The position numbers and the translations under genes are program-made. The notes beneath the pieces were generated by a model. That model worked only from the letters and a program-made list of their open reading frames with translations, did no database searches and was not told where the DNA came from. DNA of 64,000 nt. It comes from Lytechinus pictus (taxonomy: Eukaryota). The stretch covers positions 18,414,001 to 18,478,000 of the forward strand of contig NC_087261.1 of assembly GCF_037042905.1 (NCBI RefSeq). Direction: 5' to 3'. Position 1 is the first letter of the stretch; every line of letters starts with the position of its first letter. This document shows, one piece after another, positions 13,301 through 24,735 of the stretch.

Positions 13301-16289
13301 GTGGTCCTCTATGTACACCGGTTGACACCACAGTTTTTGCTATGTATGAACAGTCATACTGTCAAAGTGTTCACAGTTTGAAAATACATGTATATTCACA
13401 CTGTTGAATCTGGGTGTTTTAAACAGTGGGAATAATAATTCACATCGTCCACTTTGTGACCTTACTGTGATATGCACGACACTGTGTTCTTTCCAGCATG
13501 ACTGTGAGGACACGCAGGGGGATAATCATGATAATGATATGATTGACCGTTGCAATTATATACTTAATTTTTCAATTTTCCATTTCGAAGAAGCGACTGT
13601 TCAGTATGTCGAGATTATGTGTGATAATTACATTTTTTTTTTATACTAGTATTCCCACAGTCTTTGGTGACATTAACTTTTGACGTGAGTACCGATCCAA
13701 AGAAGCCGTTATGACTCGGACCTAATTATTACCATCATTTATCATCAATATATTTATGACCATAAGGCCCTACTATGGTTGTATTTGTTAGCGTCGGAGC
13801 ATTACTCGCATAATCATGATCATCACAATCGCTACCACCACCAACACCTTCATCATTATCACTATAACTATGATAGTTACTCTCTTATCATCATAAAATC
13901 GCATCATTAAATTTGGATGTTGTAATGTCTGTTCAATATCGTTGATTTGTAGGCATCAATAGGTCCATACGTAGATGGAGTCTTTGAGGTTATGTTCAAG
14001 AAACCATCCCGGATCCCTTTACCTGTAAAGCATCTCTTTGACACGTTTGATGACCTTGCCGTCAAATACACCGATGGGAAATCGTCCAAGGAATGCGCGC
14101 AAAATTGGAAGATGAATTGGTGAGCCAAGTTCGATATAGTATTATTATTTTTGTATTACGTTAGATATAATTTTGAAATAAAGCACAACATCAAAATGCA
14201 TCAGTATCAGGGATTTCAGACACACTTATCACACCACCCTATGCTTGAAGTTAAGTGTTTTAAATCTAACCACGAAATTGTGGTTTAAACGCACTTGTAA
14301 TGCAGGCCCATCCGTAATTAAAATGACTCATTGTGCACTAGAGTTGGACTTGATGAGGTTAAATGGCATTTGTTTTGTCTTGTTTGGTCCATCAAGTCCA
14401 AGTCTTTTGTTGGTTGTCCATCCAGGATTTGCGTCATTAACAATTATTTGTATTCATTTACATCCTTTACATCAGATTTTTAAGAGTTTTTTTTTCTCCT
14501 CCTGATCGTTTTTCCATCGTTGGAGCAAAATATAAAAGTAAACCTCAACGCGAAAACTCTGTCAAAAGATAACATAATGTACCTTTTGTTATACGGAGGT
14601 AGCTCTTTCCTGGAAGTGCCAGAATATAATATGTTTTGTTTTATATCTTGTCGTTTGCCCTAATTCACTCTCTTACGTAGCTTGTCTCGCTTCTGGTGTC
14701 AAATACTTACCAACCTACCATCTTTGTTTGACATGCCAAGATCAGAAACGGCTGATCGATGTGTCATCGCTGTTGCTGAAGCCATTACAGATGCAGCTAG
14801 AACCACCACGCTGTCACAGGTAAATATACCCATCACACTATTAATCTTCCAGAAAGTATGTTTGATACCAAGTTGTCTATTCGTTTCGTTTTCTCCTTTA
14901 TTCAATCGATCTACAGAAAAAAAAATCAATATCTTCACCCTCAGTTAATTCCCAGTGTTCTGCATAATTGTCATGTAAAAATAAGCAAATCTTTATGTTG
15001 TTTCATCTATTTTTACTCGCCACCCGCTTTTGACGAAACGTTCAGCGTTGTACTTGTGTTACCTCTGTGTACTATCAAAATTCAACTTGCTCTTGCGTTG
15101 GGATTTCTCCTTGATGAATATTCAGGTGGGGCTATCAAAGATGTGATCACTGGAACGATCGAATAAACACCTCAAATGTGAGCAAAGGGGACCTCATGGA
15201 TAAACAGTGGTATTGTATTAATACCGCTGAAATGGGCCACCCTCCATATGATATGTACGTTATGTCAAATTGAGCATGTATATATTTTATTTTTTATATG
15301 GAAATAAATACAAACAAACAAATACAAACAATTGGAAAATGTCTGCACTCAAACCAATTTATTATACGTTCATTATTTTTTTATGTATGGTCGGCTATTA
15401 TCATTAGAGTGAATCATACCATCTACCCTACTACAAAGAACATCCACTACAGCGACAGATGATGTCTGACTACTGCTCCCTGATATCAAGCCAAGCAAAG
15501 GTCAAGTCAAGACTCAAGTTAACAAGAGCCTGTTCCTCAATCACAAAGGTAAGTTAATTAAAGAATACTTCCCTTTTTATTATTTGTTCTCCGATTGTTT
15601 TAACATGCCAGCCAGAAGGGGAGGAGGTGTGGGTGGGGTCTCAGCAAAAAAATTTCACACAGTCACGTGCTAGTCAGGTTTTTAGACAACTGTTCAAAAT
15701 TACAGTCTAGATTCAAATAATTTTGTCCGTTCCTCCATCCGTCCTTTTTATATGACCTCTTTATTGACAACACAGTGCATCTCAGGTAAAACATTTCTAT
15801 ACATTGGGCCCTTATCTCAGAGCAATTGCTTGGTCAGCCCTTGCTTATACCGCACATGCATGAGTGACATTTCCAACCTTATTTATTATAAATGAATAAT
15901 TCAACATAAGGTAAACATTGTTCAGGTAAAAGTTGTTAAGGTTGCCGAAAATGGTAAGAGAATTCAACAATTTCAATGGATCATTCGGTACATTACCCTT
16001 TTGATAAAGTTTATCCAAAAAAAACCGATCGATTTATTCCTAGTTCTTTAAGAAGGATGAATATTGAAGAAGTAGGATTGAATGAATCGTTACTGGCATT
16101 ACATGTGTGGATTAAGATTCCTGTCGTGTCTGGAGTTAGCCCTTGATTTAACACAATGTTCCTATTTCATTTTTTTCTTTCATTTAATCATGTTCCCTTT
16201 AGGAGTTCAAAGGTCATTTTAGTCACCTTTCGAATTTGCTGCACCTTTACAACCTAACCAAGGATGACGTAGAGGGCCTCTTGAAATAA
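11..16289 (+). CDS. Plexin-like gene 1, 3' part (IPT-IPT-TM-GAP/RBD); 18 exons, 5' end outside the window
   Basis: Exons 11-250, 2623-2811, 3777-4005, 4399-4538, 5029-5150, 6871-6936, 8231-8308, 8580-8646, 9162-9308, 9714-9867, 10699-10799, 11449-11554, 11894-11976, 12809-12919, 13953-14119, 14681-14819, 15408-15548, 16203-16289. All introns are GT-AG, phases match and there are no internal stops. Plexin motifs are collinear: [54 protein letters not shown]. Confidence 0.93.
733..2516 (-). mobile_element. 5'-truncated I/Nimb-type non-LTR retrotransposon (RNase H, C-terminal CCHC) with a duplicated 339-bp 3' end
   Basis: Minus-strand SSYRAELIAI, FSDSLSAL, WIPGHCGIKGNEIAD and C..C...ETVRHYLLHC; frameshifted; (GAA)n tail; direct repeats 733-1071 and 2178-2516. 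Confidence 0.85.
1277..1316. repeat. (AT)n microsatellite in the LINE 3' UTR
   Basis: Direct reading. Confidence 0.95.
2623..2811 (+). CDS. Plexin-like 1 exon, last IPT domain
   Basis: GFNLDLGSRKDDIQILLGPSSVCDVDYLKTDVVGCQLPEE...LPAVT; phase 0/0. Confidence 0.88.
3777..4005 (+). CDS. Plexin-like 1 exon, transmembrane helix and juxtamembrane segment
   Basis: VLHGNLKFYPG...LIATVIPTVIVLLIFITIPTIILACW-YRKKR: hydrophobic run followed by a basic stop-transfer sequence. Confidence 0.9.
4399..4538 (+). CDS. Plexin-like 1 exon, start of GAP C1
   Basis: LDMTDADNRVQSQGVRFVGNVQYVTLMMFAGLGVHP aligns with plexin DMTDL...GIPFLDY..Y...LFPG..HP. Confidence 0.85.
5029..5150 (+). CDS. Plexin-like 1 exon, GAP C1
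   Basis: YMEDFMEHSVIVLYRMLKKKEKMIEFVRQLETKKTGQGRER resembles plexin F..FIRTLE.Q..FS.RDR. Confidence 0.83.
5378..6420 (-). mobile_element. Degenerate L2/CR1-group LINE, RT C-terminus and 3' tail
   Basis: ETLIHAFVSS.LD...LQRIQ..ARR.T...HI.PILKELHWLPI; frameshifts; TAA-rich tail. Confidence 0.85.
6547..6684. other. Assembly gap (N run)
   Basis: Run of n characters. Confidence 0.99.
6871..6936 (+). CDS. Plexin-like 1 exon, GAP C1
   Basis: RELIASLLAITFVSEWNSIVFTE resembles RGNVASLIM; polypyrimidine tract + ag, gtaagt donor. Confidence 0.83.
7925..8134 (+). mobile_element. tRNA-derived SINE
   Basis: A box TAGCTCAGTCGG, B box GGTTCGATTCCC, non-tRNA body, direct repeat ATCTAGAAGCG at 7918 and 8135. 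Confidence 0.85.
8231..8308 (+). CDS. Plexin-like 1 exon ending at the arginine-finger position
   Basis: VMTALVEDEIMGASESRRPLDKLFT(K); phase 2/2. Confidence 0.8.
8580..8646 (+). CDS. Plexin-like 1 exon, GAP C1
   Basis: [23 protein letters not shown] resembles RTESVAEKMLTNW. Confidence 0.9.
9162..9308 (+). CDS. Plexin-like 1 exon, GAP-RBD linker
   Basis: [34 protein letters not shown], a plexin hallmark. Confidence 0.93.
9714..9867 (+). CDS. Plexin-like 1 exon, Rho-GTPase binding domain
   Basis: [26 protein letters not shown]...DAVDL resembles VKVLNCDTITQVKEKILD. Confidence 0.9.
10173..10423. mobile_element. MITE with ~55-bp imperfect TIRs
   Basis: aatagagtacc...gacgtcagttgccatggtgtcatg mirrored by catgacaccatggtaactgacgtc...ggtactctatt. 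Confidence 0.75.
10699..10799 (+). CDS. Plexin-like 1 exon, RBD
   Basis: VWIESPESYTLLQDVDD...FNTMKSYG resembles EW....LQDED...LNTLAHY. Confidence 0.85.
11449..11554 (+). CDS. Plexin-like 1 exon, RBD end and variable loop
   Basis: IRNGSRVALVGKNQLPKAPVNGYQALDVKELSSNT; donor gtaagt at 11555, with an in-phase alternative donor after 11479. Confidence 0.8.
11894..11976 (+). CDS. Plexin-like 1 exon, variable loop
   Basis: (Y)ESLIPVSDETNLTSGPSQLTLNAVHLK; VHLK corresponds to plexin WHLVK. Confidence 0.75.
12052..12402 (-). mobile_element. tRNA-headed SINE with Deu-domain-like core and L2-like tail
   Basis: Minus strand: TGGTGTAGCGG ... GTTCGAATCCC head, CCACCCAGGTGTTAAATGGGTACC core, AAGCGCTATATAAAT tail ending in (TAT)n. 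Confidence 0.8.
12809..12919 (+). CDS. Plexin-like 1 exon
   Basis: IDAEWPTRKAVNLPDNIKRKRAELDRNLAIPHMLKMK resembles EIYLTRLL.MK; cag/gtaagt. Confidence 0.78.
12967..13498. mobile_element. MITE containing a nested MITE (~13104-13346)
   Basis: Outer TIR tgctggaaagaacac / gtgttctttccagca; inner tacactgtaaaaactgtgg / ccacagtttttgctatgta with ACACC subrepeats. Confidence 0.7.
13953..14119 (+). CDS. Plexin-like 1 exon, GAP C2
   Basis: YVDGVFEVMF...IPLPVKHLFDTFDDLA...NWKMNC resembles FVDDLF...LPLAIKYMFDFLD.QA...WKSNC. Confidence 0.9.
14681..14819 (+). CDS. Plexin-like 1 exon, GAP C2
   Basis: LSRFWCQILTNLPSLFDMPRSETADRCVIAVAEAITDA resembles LPLRFWVN..KNPQFVFD....DACL.VVAQ.FMD. Confidence 0.9.
15408..15548 (+). 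CDS. Plexin-like 1 exon
   Basis: SESYHLPYYKEHPLQRQMMSDYCSLISSQAKV resembles LLYAKDIP.YK..V..YY.DI. Confidence 0.78.
16203..16289 (+). CDS. Plexin-like 1 terminal coding exon
   Basis: EFKGHFSHLSNLLHLYNLTKDDVEGLLK* resembles F...AL.ELY.Y..KY..EI. Confidence 0.75.
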   Translation, partial: EFKGHFSHLSNLLHLYNLTKDDVEGLLK

Positions 16290-17890
16290 AGTGCGTGGAA
16301 AAATCTTAATGCCACGCTTGAAGTAATATCATTTCATAAAAGGCGCCAATTAAAGTTAACATCCGTGATCGGCGCCAGAATGTGGATGTTGGTAATGGGA
16401 GGATCTTAATAATGTCTCCGTTGCGAAATAGGTGTATTATAACTAGGACGACCCAATCATACCTTTTATATTTTCCATGTTCAAGCTTTCCGTGGTCTTA
16501 GTTACCAAAATTTTAATTCACTACTTGACAAATGAAATAACCCTAATAGACTAAACGCTTTAGACCAATACATACCGTAGCAACAAGTGTGTATATCTCC
16601 AGTGTTTGCCTCGGCATTAATATTATAAATTCATTTTTACTTTCTACTAATATCATCAAACATCTTAGTATTGGGAAATTTTCAATGGCATGACATTAGT
16701 TGGGAATAGGGGGTAGCTTAAAGGATTACAAGAAAATAGATTCGCTTGTTGAATTATTGTTAAATAACTAGTACCAATCAAGACATTTCAAATATATATT
16801 CATGCCATTTGTTGTTTGACCAGTGTAAAATGTGATTGTAGATTCTCATAAAATCTGCAAAATGTCCACCTGCACAAACAGTTACTTAGTCAAGAGTATA
16901 GTAAATACGATATATCAGTTTCCATACCAATGGAAATGAAGGAAGTGTGCTATGACATCGTGATCTTGCACAATACATATATGCAAAACGGATATTCCAT
17001 CACTCATGTATCTAACATCCGATTTTTTTATATGTATTTTTTTAGAATCTGTATATGGTTTCGTTTATGTAACTTGATTCTGTCGATTAATCAAACTTGA
17101 TCCCAAGATCGATAACACCTTAAGTAGAGTGCATTTATACTTTACTTACGATTCGTAAATCTTATTAGGAATAAATTCCTCAAATTAGGTTTTTCGTACC
17201 AATTAACATTATAATCGATTGTATCATTAACTATATATTTTACGGTGAAAAACTTGATGCATGTTATTTTATTAATATGATATTTGTAGTATATATTGGT
17301 TTAACTGATCATGTAGCGTTCTCTCTTTCTTACATATAAAAATATGAAGATAAGTAGTAATATAAGTTTGTTTATGCTTTTGTTTGTAGTATATAAACGC
17401 AGAATAACTACATGGTAAGTATAAGTTTATACTATAATAATCCAGATTTTAAGATTTGTATATTTATATTATAAATATCCTTAATGATGTATGTTCGATT
17501 CAATGAGTCATATTATGCAGGTCTTGGAATAAATGTTTCTTAAGGGAACGTATTCATGTTTGCTGAGTTTTTTACCCCATATTGGGCAAAAATGCACGTT
17601 TTAAGGGTAAATTTCAACGTAGCATTGCGTAAAATTTACAAGATATTTGGTATCTTTTTACCCAACCAACATGCATGTTCCCATTTTACCCAATATAGGG
17701 TAAACCATTTTTAGAGTGTTAGATTATCTTAAACACATTAACAAAAAAGTAGATGTTATAAACAGATAAGAGTGTACTATGGCCAATGAAACAGGCTTTT
17801 TATGACTTCATAATTAGTATATGTATATATTGTACGGGAACTTACCTAACCATGGCAGATAAAGAAAAAACAGTTTCCCAGAAACAATCA

Positions 17891-18853
17891 TTTTTGTCTC
17901 ACCTGCATAGCAGAGTGAGACTATAGGCGCCGCTTTTCCGACGGCGGCGGCGACGGCGGCGGCGGCGTCAACACCAAATCTTAACCTGAGGTTAAGTTTT
18001 TGAAATGACAGCATAACTTAGAAAGTATATGGACCTAGTTGATGAAACTTGGCCATAAGGTTAATCAAGTATTACTAAATATCCTGCCTGAGTTTCATGT
18101 CACATGACCAAGGTCAAAGGTCATTTAGGGTCAATGAACTTAGACCATGTTGGGGGAATCAACATCAAAATCTTAACCTAAGGTTAAGTTTTTGAAATGT
18201 CACCATAAATTAGAAAATATATGGACCTAGTTCATGAAACTTATACATAAGGTTAATCAAGTATCACTGAACATCCTGCATGAGTTTCACGACACATGAC
18301 CAAGGTCAAAGGTCATTTAGGGTCAATGAACTTTGGCCGAATTGGGGGTATCTGTTGAATTACCATCATAACTTTGAAAGTTTATGGATCTGATTCATGA
18401 AACTTGGACATAATAGTAATCAAGTATTACTGAACATCCTGTGCAAGTTTCAGGTCACATGATCAAGGTCAAAGGTCATTTAGGGTCAATGAACTTTGGC
18501 CAAATTGGGGTATTTGTTAAATTACAGCCATAAATTTGAAAGTGTGTTGGTCTAGTTCATAAAACTTGGACATAAGAGTAATCAAGTATCACTGAACATC
18601 CTGTGCGAGTTTCAGGTCACATGATCAAGGTCAAGGTCATGTAAGGTCAAAGAACTTTGGCCACGTTGGGGGTATTTGTTGAATTGCCATCATATCTCTA
18701 TAAGTGTATTGGTCTAATTCATAAAACGTGGAAATACGAGTAACCAAGTATCACTGAACATCTTGTGCGAGTTATAGTAGTTTTCAAAATCAGCACTGCT
18801 GCTATATTGAATCGCGTGATGCAGGTGAGACGGCCAGAGGCATTCCACTTGTT
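17891..18853 (+). mobile_element. Non-autonomous Helentron-like (HINE/DINE-1-type) element with an internal tandem array
   Basis: Subterminal IR gtctcacctgcat / atgcaggtgagac, (GGC)n microsatellite, ~5 tandem units of 160-190 bp, T-rich ends. Confidence 0.75.
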
Positions 18854-19257
18854 TATCTTAAGAGACATACTTTTACCATTTTAATTTTGTGGACAATTAT
18901 TTTGAGTACCCTCGTTCTCGACGTGGTGATCATTAAAAAGGCAATGATTTGAATATGATTTTTTTATGGTAATGATGCTGATTTATCAATTTGTATTTTT
19001 ATCATTAATAAAACATAAACAAAGAGATAGCTTGAATTATGTGTGAATATTTAATTGAAAAAATTAATCAAAAAGGGTATAACACGTGTATTGGAGGGTG
19101 TGTGAGGCTGCGGGTAAATGTGTGTGGTGATGGGTGTGTGAGTACGTAGAAAACAAGAACACTCTTGTGAATTCCACAATTGAAACGAGGACGCACAGAG
19201 CATCGAGGATCGTACATGTACGTCCCCTGCACGCGATTCCATTTGTAGAATAGCAGA

Positions 19258-20468
19258 GTTGCTTCTTTTTTTCCATTAATGCATTGATCTTTTCAGAAAT
19301 TTCGCCCTTTTATTTTTTCCCTCTCAATCTAAAGCTCTCATAAAACATATCTATGACTGGTTCCAATTTAATTATATGCATATTTTGTTGATGTGAATAG
19401 TATTACCCCGTTTCTCATAAAAATTTGGTCAATTATTAGTCTGGAAAAATAACTCCGAAATACCTTTGCTAAAAAGATTACAATTAAATAGGTATATTGC
19501 CCCGGGGTAGGTGATGTGAGGGTAAGCCAACCGTTCAGGTAGAATATGATTAATCCTTTTACTACTGGAAACCAGTGGACTAAGTGCAAAACAAATACAT
19601 CTCTATTTAATTAAGTAGTCAACAAGTTAAATGTTTGTTTAATCTAAAACTGATTCACTCTCATATCTCGCTGTCGTTACCCCGTACCCTCTCTACAACG
19701 GCATTTTCTCAAGGATTTCCCCATTCGTGCTTTTACTACTTGATGGCTCTCTGCTTTCTCTGTCTGTACACACTAAGATATAAGAGTTAAAATTTGAACC
19801 AGAGAGGTTTTCTACCAGCAAACAAAGGGGTGCTAATGACTGCAATTAAGGTCAATTGTTCATATTTAAGGGTGGGGTTAGTATCTATATTAAGCACCCT
19901 ATGATGCAGAGTTAAATTTTGTAATAAGTGTGCAAGTTTGAACCTTTTTTCACGTCAAGTATTATTCACCTAAATGTGAAAAAAATTGACCTTTAAAGGG
20001 TTGCATACGAGCATTTATTGGTTCAAATAAAAACAAGAAGCTTAATTTTCACCCATTTTCATTTAAGGTGCAAGGTCATACCCCAGAAAGGTTGGTAAAT
20101 GTGTAAATTGTCATTAAAATTCTTTTCTAAAAGTGTGTATCGCTTTCTCCCCCATTTCCTTTATCTCCCCCTGATTTGTTTCTCTTTCTGAACGGTTGGC
20201 TTACCCTCACATCACCTACCCCGGGGCAATATACCTATTTAATTGTAATCTTTTTAGCAAAGGTATTTCGGAGTTATTTTTCCAGACTAATAATTGACCA
20301 AATTTTTATGAGAAACGGGGTAATACTATTCCCATCAACAAAATATGCATATAATTAAATTGGAACCAGTCATAGATATGTTTTATGAGAGCTTTAGATT
20401 GAGAGGGAAAAAATAAAAGGGCGAAATTTCTGAAAAAATCAATGCATTAATGGAAAAAAAGAAGCAAC
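19258..20468. repeat. 281-bp near-perfect inverted repeat (19258-19538 / 20188-20468) with a MITE-like insert in the spacer
   Basis: Arms are reverse complements; the ORF track shows the same peptide on both strands. Confidence 0.9.
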
Positions 20469-21098
20469 CTCAATGATATAACGGAAATTTCTAATTTTTG
20501 ATTTGGTGAGGAATACCTCGATATGTACATTAAAAAACAAAACAAAAAAGAATAATATATGCACAAACGCACACGTGCCGAAACCCACCCACCGCACAAA
20601 TACACATGTCCAGGTTGGGCAACTATGACATAACTCGTAATTTAAGAGATAAGAAAACACGAGCTATAGCTTTAGTCAAACTATCAAGGATTTTTGTTTA
20701 CAGTACACTTTAAACCGATAGTTCCCAGTACCATCACCGTCATATTACCAGGTAAGCTTCCTACACCTTTAGTTTTCAAGCTGAATGAAAGGTATGTCAC
20801 GATATTTATATTTCCCTACTGCGATAAAAATTAACATAACATTTGATTAACTTAACTGTGGCAAGGCATTTGTATGCCTTTGTTCATCTTTTCGTTTGAT
20901 TTACTGAACTGAAACCTCTGTAATATTTGGATAACAATGGAGTGATCTGACGTATAGCCTATCATTCAGCGAAGGCCATTATTAAACAAAATTCTTATAG
21001 GCGTCAATACAGTCATTTTAATGGCGTAATATATGCTGTGCAACATTATCTGTGAAATATCATGTGATGAAATCTCAGTACGAACAACTCGTAATATA

Positions 21099-24000
21099 GT
21101 CCAGGAAAAATAAGGTTTGACCGCAAACAAATTGCAATATAATTTTTTTCAACGCAATGCATTTCCATGAAGTTCCCAAAATGACATACTAAAAGTCCAG
21201 AAAAATGAATTTTGTGGAAAGATGTCTAATTTGCATAAATCCAAAATGGCGGCTACCGTAAGAATTTTTGATGATTATTGATAATAATTCAAACATTGTT
21301 CTGATCATAGCACTTTCAAAAATTATGATTAAAGCATGAAACTTTCACCAGTGTTATATCTTACCTTAGGCTTCATTCTAAAATCAAGATGCATGTCAAA
21401 TTTGACCCCCGCTGACCTCTAGAGGTCACTGAACTTAAGGTAAATGACCTCTAAATATCAGAAAATTGATGTTTTGCATCATTAGTACATAAAAAAATAT
21501 GGTTATAATGAAAACAAAATGATTAAATATTGACTTTCAAGGTATCTTGATATCTTAGAAAGAATTTGGTGGGTTATAAAGTCTTGACCTTTGACCCTGG
21601 AGAGCTGGAAAAGGTCAATGACCTTAACATTTTAAAATGTTGACACATAGCATCTCTGATTTATGAACAGGCTTCTAGTGTAAAAATTGCAATACAATTA
21701 ATTTGAGCACGATGCATTTCCATGAAGTCACCAAAATGACATACTAAAAGTCCAGAAAAAACCATTTTGTGGAAAGATGTCTAATTTGCATAAATCCAAA
21801 ATGGCGGCTACCGTAAGAATTTTTGAAGATTTTTGATAGTAATACAAACATTGTTCTGATCATAGCACTTTCAAAAATTATGATAAAAGCATGAAACTTT
21901 CACCAGTATTATATCTTACCATAGGCTTCATTTTGAAATCAGAATGCAAGTCAAATTTGATTTCCGCTGACCTCTACAGGTCAATGACCTTATGGTCAAT
22001 GACCTCTAAATATCAGAAAATTGATGTTTTGCATCATTAGTACATAAAAAATATGGTTACAATGAAAACAAAATGATTAAATATTGACTTTCAAGGTATC
22101 TTGATATTTTAGAAATTTGGTGGGTTATAAGTCTTGACCTTTGACCCTGGAGAGCTGGAAAAGGTCAATGACCTTAATATTTATATTATTGACACGTAGC
22201 ATCTCTAATTTATGAAAAGTAGTCTAGTGTAAATATTGCAATACAATTAATTTGATCACGATGCATTTCCATGAACACTGATGAAGTCACCAAAATGACA
22301 TACTAAAAGCCCCAAAAAATCCATATAGTGGAAAGACGTCTAATTTGCATAAATCCAAAATGGCGACCATCATGAAAACTTTTCATGATTATTAGTACAA
22401 TCACTGGTCTGATCAAAGCACTTTTAAAAATATTATTGAAGCATTGAACTTTCATCATTGTTATATCTTTCCATAATATTATGCTTCATTTCAAAATTAG
22501 GATGCAAGTCCGATTAGATCTGTAGAGGTCAAATACATTAAGGTCAATGACCTCAAAATATAAAAAAAAGTGATGTTTTGCATCATTAGCTGATGATAAA
22601 AATAGTAATAATGAAGACAAAATTATTTGATATTGACTTCCGAAGTGTCCTGATATTATAAAAAGAATTTGGTGGGTTATAAACTTTCGGACTTTTGAAC
22701 ACTGGAGAGCTAAAAAGTGTCAATGACCTTAACATTTTGGAATATTGACGCTAAGCATCACTGTTTTATGATAGACAGGCCTTAAGGTGTAAAAATTGTA
22801 ATACTATTCATTTCAACACAGGGCATCTCCATGAAGTCTCCAAAATGACATACCAAAAGTCCAGAAAAATCCAAGTGGTGGAAAAGCGTCTAATTTGCAT
22901 AAAGAATTATCCAAAATGATTAATCGTAGTAGTAAAAACACTGGTCTCAGTGATCATAACACTAAGAATGTGATTAAAGCATTAAACTTTCATCACTGTC
23001 ATGACTGTTATATTCTATCATAAAAAATTATGTTTTGCATTATGATAAATCGTTTTACACATTGTTAGATTGTGAGAATAGTTACTAGTAATTTTAACTT
23101 GTAAGGTCCCTTGATACATGAGAAAATTGGCGAGTATTAAAAGTTGTGACCTTTAACCCTAAAACTTTCAAACGTCATTGTACTTAGAATATTAAACATA
23201 ACTAGTTTACTATCCAGCGTCTGCTGAATAGAACAACCCAGTACAAGCTACACCAAAGTAGATATCTTCCAAGTGACCAGTCCAATGGAGATTTCACCTG
23301 GATATTGAAATTGAAGGAACAAAGAAGGAAAAGACAGCACGCATCGGTGACACCCCTCTGAGTAAATGAAACATTTTGATCTGCCGCCAGATGTTCATTT
23401 CATCAGCTCGTCATGTCTACATCTCTTATGGAAAAGGATAAGATGACAATATCTTAGATCTCGTCATGTCTACATCCTGTGTGAGAGATGATCAGATGGC
23501 AAGACATTGGATCTTGCCATTTTTTACATTGTGTGGGAGAGATGATCAGATCTTAGAAATTGTCATCTTATCCTTTTCCCTCAGATGATCATCTCTCTTA
23601 CAGGATGCAGAAATGACGCGATCTGAGATTTTGCCATCTGATAATCTCTTCTAAAAGATGTACACATGACGAGATCACAATATTTTTAAGTCATTGCCCT
23701 GAAGGTCATTGTCCTCAAGAGGTCAGGAGAGGTCAAATCTAAATTGCATTGGAATTTTTAAATGAAGCCTACGGTAAGATATAACACTTGTGAAAGTAAA
23801 ATGCTGTTATCTTAATTTTTTTTAAGTGCTATGATCAGACCAGTGTTTTTACTATTATTTGTAAAAATGAAAAATTCTCACGATGGCCTCCATTTTTTAT
23901 TTATGCAAACTTGATATCTTTTCACTACATGGATTTTTCTGGACTTTTAGTATGTCATTTTGGAGACTTCATGGAAATGCATTGTGCTGAAATAAATTGT

Positions 24001-24592
24001 ATTGCATTTTTTCACGAGAGGCCTGTTTATAAGTATCATTATTGTGATATGTTAAGTTTACTGACCTTTGCCAGTGCTCCAGGGTCAAAGGTCAACATTT
24101 ATGATACACAAATTCTTTCTAGAATATCAGGTTACCTTGAAAGTCAATATTTGATAATAATTTTGTTTGCATTATTACTATATTTATCATGAGCTAATGA
24201 TGCAAAACATCAATTTTCTGATATTTGAGGTCGTAGACCTTTAATAAGGTCATTGACCTCTAGAGGTCAGCAGAGGTCAAATCTGACTTGCATCCTTAAT
24301 TCTGATACGAAGCCTATGGTAAGATATAACACTGGTGAAAGGTAAATGCTTTAATCATATTTGTTAAGTGCGATGATCAGACAAGTGTTTGTACTATTAT
24401 AAGTAATCATTACTGAAAATTCTTATGATGGCCGCCATTTTGGATTTATGCAAATAGGACGTCTTTCCACTACATGGATTTTAGTAACACTTTTAGTATG
24501 ATATTTTGGGGACTTCAAGGAAATGCATTGTGGTAAAAAAATGTTTAATTTGTTTGTGGTTGACCCCCTAAATCAGTAATTTTTCCTGGACT
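21099..24592. mobile_element. Foldback-type element with arms built from ~555-bp tandem units
   Basis: Termini agtccaggaaaaa / tttttcctggact; unit marker atgcatttccatgaa at ~21157, 21712, 22261 (degenerate ~22823), inverted at ~23970 and ~24515. Confidence 0.8.
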
Positions 24593-24735
24593 TTAAAGCC
24601 AACAAATTTTTCACAAATTGGAAATGAAATGTGGTTGCGTTAATTTTGATACACACTGTACAACATGATATAGCCAGAGGGCGTGACTTTGACAGCCCCC
24701 TGAGAGGGGTAGGCGTCAATGTGCCAGCCCTTTTT

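Noticed and set aside
17046-17077. ITIM-like SVYGFV in a hypothetical extra exon
   Set aside because: Lies downstream of the in-frame TAA at 16287-16289 and would need both read-through and an unproven splice
17983-18780. CRISPR-like periodic array (also the GCGAAGC arrays)
   Set aside because: Eukaryotic context, spacers homologous to each other, no cas genes
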